A stretch of 63,830 nucleotides of DNA, taken from positions 95,215,961-95,279,790 of the forward strand of contig NC_068984.1 of assembly GCF_001194135.2 (NCBI RefSeq), read 5' to 3'. Source of the stretch: Octopus bimaculoides. Taxonomy: Eukaryota. Positions within the stretch are counted from its first letter, which is position 1; every line of letters begins with the position of its first letter. Below are positions 1-13,343 of the stretch, piece after piece. Under the pieces are notes generated by a model. The model saw only the letters and a list, made by a program, of their open reading frames with translations. It was not told where the DNA came from and did no database searches. Position numbers and translations under genes: made by a program.

Positions 1-733
1 ATTGTCTGTAGTTCATTGTTCTAACATCCTGTACCCTGATATGCATATATATACACATGTAGATGTAAGTATGTACATATATGTGTGTATACATGTATAT
101 ATATTCTTTGTATTAAATATAGATATATATATATATATAGATGAATAAATAAATAAATGGAGTTAAACGCAGGTGTTATTCAAATTTTTTTACTTCCAAC
201 ATGCTTCAAAGACAATTTGATATTTGACTGTCTTACATTTCACTTCCACTAAATATATCTACTTCCATGCCTTTAAGCTTTATTCTAATTCACCTATCGC
301 TGTATATCTCTCCACTATTAGTTTTCTGCTAATTTCTTTCTTTCTCCTCCTTCTCTTTCTATAAACTACCTTGACATTGTATCTACTAATGGTTTTTAAA
401 AAAAAACTTGATAGCATTCCCTTCATCATATATGCAGTCATCACATTCTGTTAAAATGTCTTATTGATGTGTTTGGTTTCTTTCTTTCCCTGATGAGAAG
501 ATTGCATTGTTTTACACCAATTTATTCCTTTTTGAATAATACCAATGTTGTCTTCAAAACATATGTCGGAAGTAAAAGAATTTGAATAACATGTGTGTTT
601 AACTCCATTTATTTATATTATCCCTGGAGTTTCTACCTTTATAAGTAGGCTGTTACATCCTTGATACTTGTGTGAATTTTTGTTACCCTGGTAACTGTTT
701 ATTAATTTTTTTCTGTGTTATTTGTAAACACTG

Positions 734-735
<2 letters not shown>

Positions 736-787
<52 letters not shown>

Positions 788-802
788 GCACACACACACA
801 CA
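736..802. repeat. (CA)n/(TA)n microsatellite
   Basis: Seen directly in sequence. Confidence 0.95.
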
Positions 803-2263
803 TACAAATATATTAGAACGATCTTTGACCTCAGTCAATTTTAGCTTTTCTTGTCGTAAAAACAATACTTTTACTGTGTCACACTGTTTATGTATAATGA
901 ATACATTGTTTAGTTAATCTATATAATGTTTTCTTTAGTGTTTCTATATATTCATGTTTCAGTTTTCTGTTGTGAGGGCTAAACTTTGAACTATTCATTG
1001 TTTTATTTCTTCTTCACCTACTATTTAAATAATCTCAGTAGGAAATCTTATTGTGCAGTTATATTGAAATAATTCAAATCTTTGCCTTCAATCTATCTGC
1101 CAAAGACAGCAACAGAACTGTTAAACATTTTGAATTTGAATTTTATTTGGAAAAGCAAGAAATATTTATTCCTTGACACTTTTTGAGAACACCAAAAAAT
1201 ATTAATGCCCCAGAGACATCAGCCAAATATAGAGAGAATGGAATTCTTCTCTTATCTTCCTTGGATTGTCTGTAGTTATGTTCTCTATATCCAAACATCT
1301 GTTTCTATTTTGTATGAATGAGATTAGCATCTACCTTTACTACTTGAGATTTAGTCACACTATTTTGTTCCTGATGCCAAATCTGGTCTAACTGCTCAGG
1401 CAATGGGAGTTCTAATCACTGGCACTGACAGTGGAGAGCGAATCTGATTTTACAAGTTGGTTTTAAAGGAACCATGGAGATAATCCATCTCTAAGGAATT
1501 ATGAGAGATTTGCTCCTTGGTTTATGCTGTTTTATTTCCAATAAGTTCTCTGTGTAAAAGTATCACTTTTTGACTTATTTTTGTAAATATTATTTTGGAG
1601 TTTAATTTTACCATCTGAAAGTTTTATCAAGATTATGGAACCTATTGAAAATTTATTTCTTCCTCATAATGTGAGTAGGCATTACTTTTACACTCCATTC
1701 TTAACTTTTACACACACACATTATGCTAGAGACAGATTATTTTCAGATGTAGAGTATTTGGATGAATGAAGGTGTTGTTAGGGGGTACTATGTCTTCAGT
1801 GCCATGTGACTTGTGGTTGTCCTCATCTTCCTTTTATTGGTGTCCATCTCACTGTACCATTCCTACCACTACTCACATACCTACCAACTTTTGAATAATC
1901 AACTGGCAACAATAATAGTATCAGATTGATAGCAGTGTCTGTAGCTCTATATATGTTGTATGTCAACACAGCCTTGTGTGTGGAGATTTTATAGTTCAAG
2001 TCAGTGTTTCGGGGGTAAAGTGCCCATGAACTTGATGACCCTTCAATTAACTGTAACTGCATAGCGCTTCCTCCCACCTCGCTCCACCTTTTCATCATCT
2101 TGGGTGCATTCTTACATCCATACAATTTTTTTTTTCACAAGACAGTTCATTCTTGTTGCTATATTCTTTTACTTTGCATTTGTTGTGGATAATAGTTGAT
2201 TACTGTTGGATTTACCTGGAATTCAAGATATCTGGAAGGAGATCATCAAGTTGAACTGAAGGT

Positions 2264-2420
2264 ATCATCATCATCATCATTATCATCATTTAGCGTCCAT
2301 TGTCCATGCTGGCACGGTTTGGACGGTTTGACTAGGGTTGGCAAGTTGGAAGGCTGCACCAGACACCAGTCTGATTTGGCATGGTTTCTATGGCTGGATG
2401 CCCTTCCTAACGCCAAACAT
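2264..2420 (-). mobile_element. RTE LINE 3' end fragment with (GAT)n tail
   Basis: (ATC)n followed by ...gtccattgtccatgctggc...ggctggatgcccttcctaacgccaa; same tail family as 16455 and 61870. Confidence 0.7.
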
Positions 2421-2469
2421 GCAAGGCAAAAAGGAATTGTAAAAGGATTACACTGGATATTAAACTTGA

Positions 2470-4860
2470 TGTTTTAAAAAAGTTTAATGCAGGAGAGAAA
2501 AAAAATCAACCTTATTGTCAAAACATTGAGTCTTTTAATGTCTGCAGTGGGAACAATATGTGACAACAGTGGGGAAATTAGATCAAATGCTCAAGAAGTT
2601 ACTCTGTTCATTTCTCAGACATGATTTTTTTTTTCATAAATACTTAAAATGGGACAACTCTTGTGGTATATGGAAGGAGAACAAGAATAGACACAATGTG
2701 CTAATAAGTTTGTTTATTTCTTAAAAAAAAATAATTGTAAAAAAATGCTGTTATGAAAAGTTTAAGATGTGCTGTCAGTTTGATACAGTGTACAGTATGG
2801 GAGAAATTATGCTTTTCTAGGAACTCATGCCTGCTAGATTTCTTGAGAAGAAAAATCAGCACTGAAATTTATAGCTTCCAATAATTGTCTCATGCTTCTG
2901 GGAGGAAATATTGCTGCTGGTAGGATTTTAAGGCCCCCATCCCTCCTTGTATATCACTCCAAAAACCCAACGGCTTTCATGGGTCAGGCAAAGTTCAATT
3001 TGCCTCTTATTTTACGTTATGGCATTGATGACTAAGAGCCTTTTTGAAGAGTGGTTTACAAATATTTTTTGTCCTGTTATAGAAAGGTACAGTCAGACAT
3101 ATTTTCAACTAAGCTTTAACAGCATATTGAGAACTTAACCCTTTCGTTACTAACCTGGACGTAGCCGGCCGAAAAATCTTTTGGTTCATAAGACTAACCC
3201 GGCCGTAGCCGGCAGAGCGTACCCATTGTTATTTAAATGTATATTTGAACCCAAATTTCATTAGTACATTCGTTAAAACACCTGATTTCACTTTGCAAAC
3301 AGTTGAGTTATTGTCTCCGACATTGTTTGGCGTGATATTTGAACTCAGTGAATTTTGGAAGATTTTTTTCCACATTTTTTTCAACTTTGAAGATGGAGAG
3401 GAGTTTCAAGCTATCAAGCAGTAATTCCGAATTTGAAGGTTTTTCAACAGAAGATATGGAGATATCAAAGAAAAGAATGAATGAGCTACAAAAGCATGTG
3501 GTGAACAGTAATGAAATGGATATTTCTGTATCCGAAACTGAAAGCAGCGACGGCGACAGCGAGGATGATTTTACACCAGAAAAAGATTTTAAAATATTAA
3601 CAATTTTTCTGAGGAAACAGGGTCTACTCATAGTCTTTTTCAGGAAGCGAAACCTTTAGACTTCTTTTTCATGCTTGTTTGAAATGATTACTGCGGAAAC
3701 AAACCGTTACGCAGAATGTAATCAAACTGGAAAAAAAAAGATAGCTTGTGGTTTCCTGCAACTGTAGATGAAATACGGGCATTTTTTGCCATAAATATTA
3801 TTATGGGTATTAGACAGTTACCCAGAATAACAAATTACTGGAGCGATCAGGAATCTTTTAGCGATGAATATATTTCCAGTATTATGAACAAGTACGATTC
3901 GTGAAGCTGAACCAATATTTACATGTGAGAGACACTAGCAGTAACCCCCCACCCCACCAGTACGTGGAGAACTTAGAGACAAAAATTATGCAATAGAATT
4001 GATTAAGAACCCTTTCTTTAATTATGTTCCAAATATCACATTAATATGTTGATAAATAAAAAAGTTACAGGTGTTTAATGAGACTAGTCTAAATTCATGA
4101 TTATTTTAGAATTTAATTGAAACTCATGAGGGGTGTATTTTGGTCAGAAATATAGTAACGAAAGGGTTAAATGAACTTTCTCAATAATTGTGAGAGTAGA
4201 GTGTATCCTTAAGAATACCTCTTTGCTTCAGCCTATGAATCAAAGTATGATAGCTTACTTCAAGGCATATTATATGAGATGAACTTTCAAACAATTTAGG
4301 GATGGAGATGATAAGGAAGATAAAGCTGCAATTAGAGATTTCTAGAAGAAGTTCAACATGATGAATGTTGTCGATAACATAGCCGAGTCATAGGATGAAG
4401 TGAAATCTTCAACTTTTAATGGTGCTTGGGAAACTATATTGCCAGTTTGTATCCATGACTTCCACAAGCTTAAAATCTACATTACATTTGGAAAGATATG
4501 ACATTTACAAATGATGTATGGTTTGAAGAAGTTCTCTTGGAGGATGTAGTGAAGTGGCTTGTGTTCTATTGAGAAAGTTTGTTAATGAGGAATTGATGTT
4601 GTTAGAACAAGAGCAAGCTGAAAGTACACAATTTCTGCCTACTTCACTTAAATTGACTGCAAAAAGTATTGCTAAAGGTTTGGCACGTATAGAAGAAGGG
4701 CTGCAAGTTTTTGCTAATAACAACTCTAATCATGAACATAGTATAAAAACTACAAGAGGAGTTTACAATGAGCTCAGTTCCTACATCAAGCTCTACAAAT
4801 AGATGATGTGCTATAAACATCAAACAGTTTTTAAGTTCTTCACCCTTTAAGTAGATGATG
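2470..4860 (+). mobile_element. Decayed Tigger/pogo (TIGD1-like) DNA transposon, interrupted by a piggyBac
   Basis: Broken transposase motifs: LFEEWFTNIFCPVIERY (about 3040-3090), NTSLLQPMNQSMIAYFKAYYMR (about 4215-4280) and the helical C-terminus in ORF 4554-4802. Ends not resolved. Confidence 0.7.
3135..4170 (+). mobile_element. Non-autonomous piggyBac element with TTAA TSDs and 14-bp TIRs
   Basis: TTAA(3135-3138)+CCCTTTCGTTACTA ... TAGTAACGAAAGGG+TTAA(4167-4170). Internal PGBD4-like remnants: acidic N-terminus (ORF 3339-3659), EMITAETNRYA, DEIRAFFAINIIMGIRQLPRITNYWS. Confidence 0.93.
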
Positions 4861-5424
4861 ATGAAATGTAAGACAGAAGATAGTGTCCTTTCACCCATCC
4901 ACTAACTCTCATTCCACTACTACCACTATTCCTCACACAGTAGCCAACTTTTATGGTAAGAACACATCCTATTATGATATGATTCTTGTTCATTCCCTAA
5001 TGTATTTGATTCTTGTTCATTCCCTAATGTATTTCTCTTCAAATGTTTTTATGTATACTTGTACTGTGTATTTTTAGAAGTTGTTTTTATGCATAAAAAG
5101 GGGTTGTAAAGCTTGTTCTATTTTGTTGTTTTGAAAAAAAAATCTGTCAGAGCACATTATTACTTAATTATATGAAAATCAGTAAGAAAATTAATTCACA
5201 TTACGGTATGTTTTTCATGCCTAATGTAGAAGATAGAAAGTTCTGGAGTGATATTTGGGATAAGCTAGTTAATCATAATGAGGGTGCAGCATGGTTTAAG
5301 AAAGTGAGGGGTAAAGTAGTTTATGAGAAGCAGCCAGATCTAAAGCTAACTAGTGCATTAATGAGTAAAGTGTTAGGAAGAATGCTGAATTGGAAGGGCC
5401 CAGGACCAGATTTAGTTCAAGGCT

Positions 5425-5500
5425 TCCCAGACCCCAGTCAAACTGTCCAACCCATGCCAGCATGGAAAACAGATGTTAAACGATGATGATAATGATGCAT
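5425..5500 (+). mobile_element. Short RTE 3' tail inserted into the Dong element
   Basis: gtccaacccatgccagcatggaaaacagatgttaaacgatgatgataatgatg interrupts the Dong RT between GPGPDLVQGF and WIDYKKA. Confidence 0.75.
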
Positions 5501-6704
5501 GGATAGATTATAAGAAAGCCCCACTCAGTTTAGTATTAAGAAAGGCAAATACAAGGCATCGGTTTAGAGATAGTAAAGGAAAAAATCAACCTTTTGCTCT
5601 ACATGGATAATCTGTAGCATTTTAGTAAAAATAAAAAAAGAGATTCTTTCATACAAAGTTCAGCAAAGATATAGGTTATGGAATTTGGCCAGAAGTGTGC
5701 AATATTAGTAATAAAAAAGGGACAAATAGTCAGCAGTGAAGGCATTCAATTACCAGATGGCCAAGCATTAAAATCACTGAAGGAAGAAGAAGGTTATGAA
5801 TATCTAGGAGTATTAGCTGACAGTACTAACTATAGAAATGAAGGAGAAAGTTGAGGAGGAGTACATTAGAAGGGTGAGGAAGTAAATGAATTCAAAACTA
5901 AATGGTCTGATTCTAGTGAGGGCTGTAAATACTTGAGTAGTATTGTTATTTTAGATATTCAGCAGCTTTTGTAGATTGGATAAAATCTGAATTGGCAAAT
6001 CTAGACAGAACTAGGAAGGAATTCAGTATGAGGACTTCATCCTGCAGCAGGAGTAGCAAGTGTGTACTTACCTAGAAAGTAAGGTGGTAGAGATTTAATG
6101 TCAGTAGAAGACTGTGTGAAGTTAGCTAGAGTAGATATAACCTCCTATATAGGTAATAGGAAATTGTATTAAGAGCTGCTAGTGTAGCATGAGGAGATAG
6201 GGAAACCAAAAAGCCAAATGTAGTTAAAAAAAACAGTAAAAAGAAGTAAGATATGTGACTGGCATGAGAAGGCTTTGCATGGTAAATTTTCAAAAGATAG
6301 TTGCAAAATATAGTAATAGTGAGACATGGTTGTGGTTGCAGAAAGGAAGGTTGAAAAGGAGGACAGAAAATTCGTTAGCAACAGCACAAGATTCAGGACT
6401 AACTGGAGGAAGGCTAAGATAGACTAAAATCAGGTAGATTCCCAATGTAGGTTATGTAAATCAAAAGAATAAAGTGTTACTCATTTAGTTAGTGAATGTA
6501 GTATGATGGCACAAAAGGGATACATGACATGACAACCTGGGAGAATAATCCACTGGGAGCTATGTAGAAAACTAGGATTTGATCTTACCAGTAAATGATG
6601 TGAACATGAACTTAGTAAAGTACGAGAAAGTTAGAAATATAAAATGTGGGATTTTAGCACTCAGACTTAGTAATAGAAACTAGAAGGCCTGATTTAGTAG
6701 TTCA

Positions 6705-6906
6705 TTTACTTTTTTATTTTACTTGCTTCAGTCATCTGACTGCAGCCATACTGGAACACTGCCTTTAGTCGAACAAATCAACCCCAGGTCTTACTCTTTG
6801 TAAGCCTAGTACTTATTCTATCGGTCCCTTTTGCCGAACCGCCAAGTTATGAGGACGTAAACACACCAACATCGGTTGTCAAGCAATGGTGGGGGAGCAA
6901 ACAGAC

Positions 6907-6956
<50 letters not shown>

Positions 6957-7120
6957 TGGGCTTCTTTCAGTTTCCACTTACCAAATCCACTCACAAGGCT
7001 TCGGTGAGCCCAAGGTTATAACAGAAGACACTTGCCCAAGATGCCATGCAGTGGGACTGAACTCAGAACCATTTGGTTGGGAAGCAAGCTTCTTACCACA
7101 TGGCCATGCCTGCACCTATA
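6705..7120 (-). mobile_element. tRNA-derived SINE family 1 with internal (AT)n(GT)n microsatellite
   Basis: Reverse complement of the copies at 15591 and 44196; splits the Dong endonuclease region. Confidence 0.85.
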
Positions 7121-7431
7121 GCTGTAGACAAAGAAAATAGAAAGTGCCAGGTAATTGACTTTATAGTCCTAAATGATGAAAAAAGTCAATATGAAAGATA
7201 ATATAGAGAAAAAAGCAAAGTACCAGGACTGAACCATTGAGTTACAACAGCCAGGGAAAGTGTGGCTAAAATGTTTCCCTATAAAATAGGTGCATTAGGA
7301 GTTATCCCTAAAGATTTGAACAGGTGGAAAGAGGAAATAGGCATAAAACCTAAGGTTACTTGTTGTAGACCAATGTTAGGAATTTTTTCCAATAGTCTAA
7401 TCTTGTGCATAACTGAAATAATAATAATACT

Positions 7432-7625
7432 TTTGGCAAAAGGCTAGCAGTTTTTGAGGGAAGGGGATTAGTTGATATCATTGACCCTAGTATTGGACTA
7501 GTACTTTATTTTATTGACCCTAGAAGGATAAAAGGCAAAGTTGGCCATGATAGTTTGAACTCAGAGAATAAGTCATTTTACTAGGTATTTTGTCTGATGT
7601 TAACAATTCTGCCAGCTCACCAGCT
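7432..7625 (-). mobile_element. SINE family 2 (degenerate)
   Basis: Shares gaaggataaaaggcaaagt...tttgaactcaga core with copies at 12505 and 51500; flanked by (AAT)n. Confidence 0.65.
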
Positions 7626-7626
7626 T

Positions 7627-10600
7627 AATAATAATAATAATGATTTCTTTTATTTGCTACCAGGGGGGATGAAGGGGACAATACAAAGACAGGCATAAAG
7701 TGTGGGGGTTTGCATATGATGGAATGATAAAAAAAAAAGTATACACAGTATATATCAGAAGAAGGGAAGTATATATATAGTATACGACACTAGAAGAAGT
7801 GGGGGAAAAAGAGACAGTGATAGGATCCCCCTGATACAGGGGTAATTGAGGAACTCCACTGTCCAAGGTCACCCTGAGTACCAAGGACAAGTACCTTCTC
7901 CAACTCCTTTCTTCCGACTCACAGGTCTACACTGAGAGTGGTACCATCCACTCTTGCCATTTTCACAACTTTCACCCACCTTTTCATAGATTCACTTGAG
8001 GACAGCACCTCTCTCCCCACCCTCATTTTCCTTTTCAAGTGAAACTTGAAAAAGTTGATGAGGGCTTTAACAAAGAGGACAGTTTCTGTCCTCAATCCTT
8101 TCAACCTCGTCCACCAGACAACCTCTTTCACCACAGCCACCAAATAAAGGAAAACTGCCTTGCCTGCTCGATTAAAGGAGGGCAGCAGAGTAATCATCAT
8201 TATGGACTTGGCTGACAGATGGATCCATCCCACATGCAATAGCAGCTGTTCAGCATAACTCCATGAGTCAGCAATGCCCAGACACTGAACGAGTGCATGC
8301 AGAATGGTTTTGTCACTCTGCAATCACCTCAGACAAGCTCGTCTAGCAGCACATCCATGCCTGTAGAGTTTATCTTGAACTAGTAGCACCCCCTGGTAGC
8401 ACTGCCAGGCCAAAGACATCTGGAAATTATCCATAACAGTCCCTGACTGGTAAGTCCTCCGGAATAGACTTGCCAGTTCATCTTCGTCAATGCCTAGGTT
8501 TTCCCCAAGGAAGTCGTCACACTTTACGGCTACTAATCCTCTGTATATAGCTAAAGTGGAACATTCACCAATCCTATTGTTCGACTTGTATAGGACAGTG
8601 AGTGCCTGATGACATTATAAGTGCCAGGTGCCCAGTCTCGGCCTATCCTTTACCCAGCACTGCAGGTCTGTCAAGGAGGCGAACTGTGGAAAGGCGTGTC
8701 TCACAAACAGAGCCCACACACATTCACTCTCTAAAAATTGTTGCAGTTGGCACAATCTGAATGCGTGTCTGTTCATCAAAAGGCATGGCCTGCCTAAGCT
8801 GCCATGCAGAGGGAGTTGGCAGCAGACTGACTGCCTGACCATTGAAATGTGTCCCTTCCACAAGAAAATTAACAAGATACACTCCAATCTAATCAAGCAG
8901 TAACTGGGGCAAGGCACAAAAGTCAGACAATAAAAATTGACAGAGGCGATGTAGGCATTTGTCACCTCTACCCGATCTTTCAGGGACAACTTCCTCACTG
9001 CCCATTTCTTGGTAAGACAGGTCACCCTGTTCATCACCTCTTCCTAATTCTTATCCACTTGAAGGTTGGGGCCAAACCAGACCCCGAGCAGTTTAACTGG
9101 TCCATCAGTGTCCCACCTCTCTACGTGACCAGTCACAATCTCACTGACCAGACTACCAATGACAAATGCCAACCTTTTCACTAACACCTTGGCCAAGATC
9201 TTAAACTCTGTGTTTATAAGAGTTATGGGCTGAAAATTGCCTAGCACATCCCCATTGTCGGTATCCTTTCTCAGCAGTGTTACCACAGTCTAGCTAACAG
9301 CACTAGGAATTCTCCCTTTCTGCTGCCAGTTACTGTCGACATCTACCAAACAAATCTGGCATGAAAACAGAATTTGTAGGGTAAACCATCCACACCAGGC
9401 GATTTGTGACTTGTGCAATTGCTCATCGCCTCCCCTATTTCAGTGGCTGTAATTGGCTTTTCACAGAATCTCGTGTCCATTACTGAGAGCTATGATAGGC
9501 TGTCTGGGTATGAAGTAAAGTCCACTACCATCATTGACCCCATCACCCTCCCCTAACAGCTGTGCAAAGTGCTGCTGGAAAGCTGCACATATCTGCTCAG
9601 AACCAAGTAGCATGTGTCCATCCTGATCCATCAAAGACTTGGATCATGGTTTTGTTTCCACAGCATGTCTCTACTGTTTGGGTCCATCGGATGGCTTTAG
9701 TTCCTTTGTGTTTTAGTGCACAGGCCTTAGCTCTGACAATGCACTCTTCGTGTTTCACCTCTTCTAGTTTGCTAACTAGTTCTCCTATTCTATTTCTTTC
9801 TATTGCTAAATCCTTGCTAAACTCTATCAATTCTACTCTAATTACTCTCTTCAAAGCAACCTACCACTGGTTGTCGATGATAGCCCCCTTCAACTGCTGC
9901 TTAACTAGTTTGCTAATCCAGTCCCTGTAGACTTTGCAAGCTGGTAAGGATGCATTCAACTTCCAGTAACTAGGTCCCTCTCTACAGGTCCTGTCTAAAT
10001 CGACTGAGCATATCACAAATTTGTGATCTATGTAGCCGACCGATTTAAATTGTGGACAAGCTATGCTATCCCTGTCCTCTGACCTAACAAATACCTTATC
10101 TCAATATCTGGATGACCCACTTTGGTTGCTCGATATCCACACTGGCATATCGGAAATCCAGTTGGTATCTGTTAGAAAGCTGGAAAGTCCAAACAGGTTT
10201 CCAAGGCTTTTACACCTGCTTCTACTATGTTCTAAACCCACACAGTCCTTCCGTGCATCCAAAATACTATTCCAGTCCCCCACTAGTACTAAAGTGTGAG
10301 ATGTTCCCAAGAATGTTTCTAGACGCCGAAAGAAATCTGGCTTTTCAGTCCCTGTTGGGGCATAAACTGCCACCAGTCTAAAGGCACAACCTTTACTGTC
10401 ATTCACATCCAGGACCACCACCTTACCATCCAAGTCCAGGGAGATAGCCCGTACTTGGAGATCTAAAGATTTCCAGAGTAGCACTGCTACACCACTACAT
10501 GCTCTCGATAGACCACAAGATGAGAATACCTCATAGTCCTCAAAAATGGATGCTAGAGCATGTTTTCTGGAGATCCTTGTTTCACTAATGGCAACTACAT

Positions 10601-12200
10601 CCAAATCAAGTGACCTGAGATCATTGAGCAAGTGACTTTGCTTCCAAGCTGATCCCAGGCCACACACATTCGCATACCCCATCTCAGTACAGTCATGTTA
10701 GTCGGAGAAAGAAAATGAGGAGGTTACTCACCTTGATTTTCAAGAAGCTTGGGAGTTCTGGGCCTCTCTACTGGCAAAAATTTTTAAAGGCACTTCCAAC
10801 ACCAACTGATTTTTTTAAAATACCAACACTACATGAGAATTTTTCTCTTATAATTTTATAAATGTCTGACATTTTAATTAAAGGTCTGTCTTTGGGTTTT
10901 GAGGATGAAATCCTTACATTTCTTTCCCTCTGTCTCTATTTTGTCTTTGTTTTGACTTAGAAAATCCATCAGTTCACTGTTGCACTTGTTCACAACAGTG
11001 AAATTGATGGATACATTTCATCTACAGTCTGATGAATATTCTTGTTTTTGAAGTTCTGTAATCGGTTTTTTCTGTGTTTTTCATACTGTTGTTGGTGATG
11101 TTGCTGTTTTTGAAGTTGTTTTTGTTCGAGTGAATTGTGTTGCAGTTGTGATTTCAGTATATCCTTTCGTTGAGTTCTTGGAGTAGGGCTATGTACTCTC
11201 CTCTTTTGCCTAACCCCTTTTTTCACTGTGATCCATTGATCGTTCAGCTCTTCTTTCTCTATGTCATTGCAGTTGATGTTGGTTTGGGAGGTAGAGCATT
11301 CAGGAGAAGCTTTCTTTTCCATGGCAACCAGGGGTAGACTCCTTTGTCTTGGTATGGATGTAGGAGTTGAGCACTTGTTCATGATTTTGCATTTGTGGTC
11401 TTTGTAGTGTTGGCAACAGTGGAAGTTTGGTTTTTCTTGTTTAAGTGAGTTACAGATCCATATGTGTGGCATCTTGGCTTTCTACTCCACTAACACTGAC
11501 AGATGAAGACCATCTGGTTGATATGGTCCTGCTTGTAGGGTCAGATTCATACCTATACCTGACCAATTTTGCTTAGGTATTTTCTTGACCGCAAATATTG
11601 TCACTTTGTCTTTCTGGCAGCACATTCAGTACCCTAATCTTGGCAAGGCATTGGCTGCAATGGCTGGGGATTAAGAAGTTGTTAATCCTCAGAGTGGTTG
11701 TGGAATTATACGTGGCTTCTTCTGTCCTAAATCTCACCTCAATATTTCCAAACTTCTTTTCTCAAGTGATGTGGATCTTTTGTTTCCACATGCGCCCAAA
11801 ACATTTTTGTATTTCACTGTCAGGAGCCTTTTCCACCTGGTGTGACTTAACTCTGATGCAACAGTATGTGACCATGCATCTTAAAATACTTTCTATCACA
11901 TCAGATGGAGAGTTTGCAGCTACCCTTCTCCCATTCCTTTTTACAATTTTCCTTGCCATTTTAAAATCTTCTTCATCTAGGTGGAGATCTTCCATATTTC
12001 TTGCTGCAAACACAAAAGAAGCGGAAGCAATATTCTTGTTTTTATGTTTTATTTCTTTCATGTTGGCAGTGGCATTGGCTTTGTAGATGTTGACACTAAG
12101 AGTGTTGATGTTGCTGAGAGACGCATTATTCGCCTCAAAGATGTCATTAAGTGTAGGCCATTCTATATCTTTGTTCTCAATTTTTTTTTATGAGGAATGC
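7627..12200 (-). mobile_element. L1/Tx1-like LINE, near full span but decayed, RT core deleted
   Basis: APE endonuclease ORF 10101-10682 (NVCGL, ISETR, VYAP, GDWN); RT start (FQPITLINTEFKILAK); RT end (LLGVWFG); ORF1-like basic and degenerate zinc-knuckle pieces at 11000-12060; AATAAA and (ATT)n at the 3' end near 7630-7650. Confidence 0.85.
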
Positions 12201-12504
12201 GTTCTGTTGTCGAACATTATGATGGCTTCTTTATCAGCTATCTTTAACTGAATAATCAAAACAGCAAAATATTTTTTTCAAAAGTTGTTAAGATTAAAAA
12301 AATATTGATGTGCACCCCCTGCCATGCAGGGGGTGTTTCTGCACAAAAATACTATCTGCGCAGTCCAGACAATCTCAGAAATGCAATGGTAACAATAAAA
12401 TGAAAACACAGGGCCTTAGAAGGTTGAAAAGATTACAAACACTATTTCAACTTACGACGCTTCAAATTTCCATGACTTTACACTGCGGCAGCCATAATAA
12501 TAAT

Positions 12505-12720
12505 CCTTTCTACTATAAGCACAAGGCCTGAAATTTTGGGGTAAAAGGATAGTCGATTACATCGACCCCAGAGCACAACTGGTACTTATTTTATCAACCC
12601 TGAAAGGATAAAAGGCAAAGTCAACCCTAGTGGAATTTGAACTAAGAATGTAGTGATGGATGAAATGCTGCTAAGCATTTCGTCCAGCAGGCTAATGATT
12701 CTGGCGGCTCACTGCCTTAA
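12505..12720 (-). mobile_element. SINE family 2
   Basis: gtacttattttatcaaccctgaaaggataaaaggcaaagtcaacc...tttgaactaag, between two (AAT)n tracts. Confidence 0.7.
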
Positions 12721-12738
12721 TAATGATATTAATAATAA

Positions 12739-13303
12739 GTACGCTTTGGACAAAACAGAAAATGGTACAAGCATGAACCAGAGGGTGTTGCTGAGAACAA
12801 TGAATATAAGATTCTATGGGATTTTACAATCCAATGTGACTCCCTAATTGATATTTGAAGACCAGACAATGTTATGATAGACAAAAAAGAAAAGGATGCC
12901 AAGATCATAGATATTGCCATATCTGGGGATGCACATGTAAATGACTAAGAGCTTGAAAAGATGGAGAAATACAGACTAGTAAAAGATGAAATTGCAAGAA
13001 TGTGGGCAATGATGAGAGTAGTTGTAGAGGCACTTGGAGCACTAACAACCAGGTTTGAGAAATATGTTGGAGAAATTGGAATTGACATATGGGTAGAGCA
13101 GGCCAAAAAAACTGCTCTATTGGGGGCAGCTAGGATTTCGAGATTGGTACTTGGATGTTAATTTATTGTGGAAAACACACAGCACCCAAGTACCAAAGCT
13201 TATAATTTGTGGAAAGAGACCCAATGAAACCTCTGACAACAGGTTGCTGTTTGCTGCCATTGAATAAACCAGAGCAAGTAAAACTGAGAGCTCTAAGAAG
13301 TAA

Positions 13304-13341
<38 letters not shown>
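12739..13341 (+). mobile_element. 5'-truncated R4/Dong element (restriction-like endonuclease region and 3' UTR) ending in (AAT)n
   Basis: KWYKHEPEGVAENNEYKILWDFTIQCD...RPD...KIIDIAI...EKMEKY...ALGAL...QAKKTALLGAARI; (AAT)n at 13304-13341. Confidence 0.88.

Positions 13342-13343
<2 letters not shown>

Larger units (their letters stand above)
5217..7429 (+). mobile_element. Decayed R4/Dong-clade non-LTR retrotransposon (RT plus restriction-like endonuclease), interrupted by an RTE tail and a SINE
   Basis: FWSDIW...HN...W and NWKGPGPD motifs, WIDYKKA, LLYMDNL, YEYLGVL, CRLC/HLVSEC zinc-knuckle region, RRPDLV, IGALGVIPK; ends in (AAT)n. Confidence 0.85.

Noticed and set aside
1823-2125. 100-aa minus-strand ORF with fairly balanced composition
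   Set aside because: No recognisable domain, splice context or partner exons; probably a decayed repeat. A tBLASTx search would settle it.
4951-4960. ATG|GTAAG as candidate end of the missing RagC first exon
   Set aside because: It lies at the 3' edge of the Tigger remnant with no promoter-like context; a chance match cannot be excluded without RNA evidence.
6705-7120. tRNA-like A/B boxes here and at 15591 and 44196
   Set aside because: They belong to SINE heads; no complete cloverleaf, so no tRNA gene is called.
10990-11472. 160-aa Q/K-rich ORF that could look like a host gene
   Set aside because: It lies between the Tx1-like ORF1 remnants and the endonuclease ORF, in the same orientation; treated as part of the LINE.
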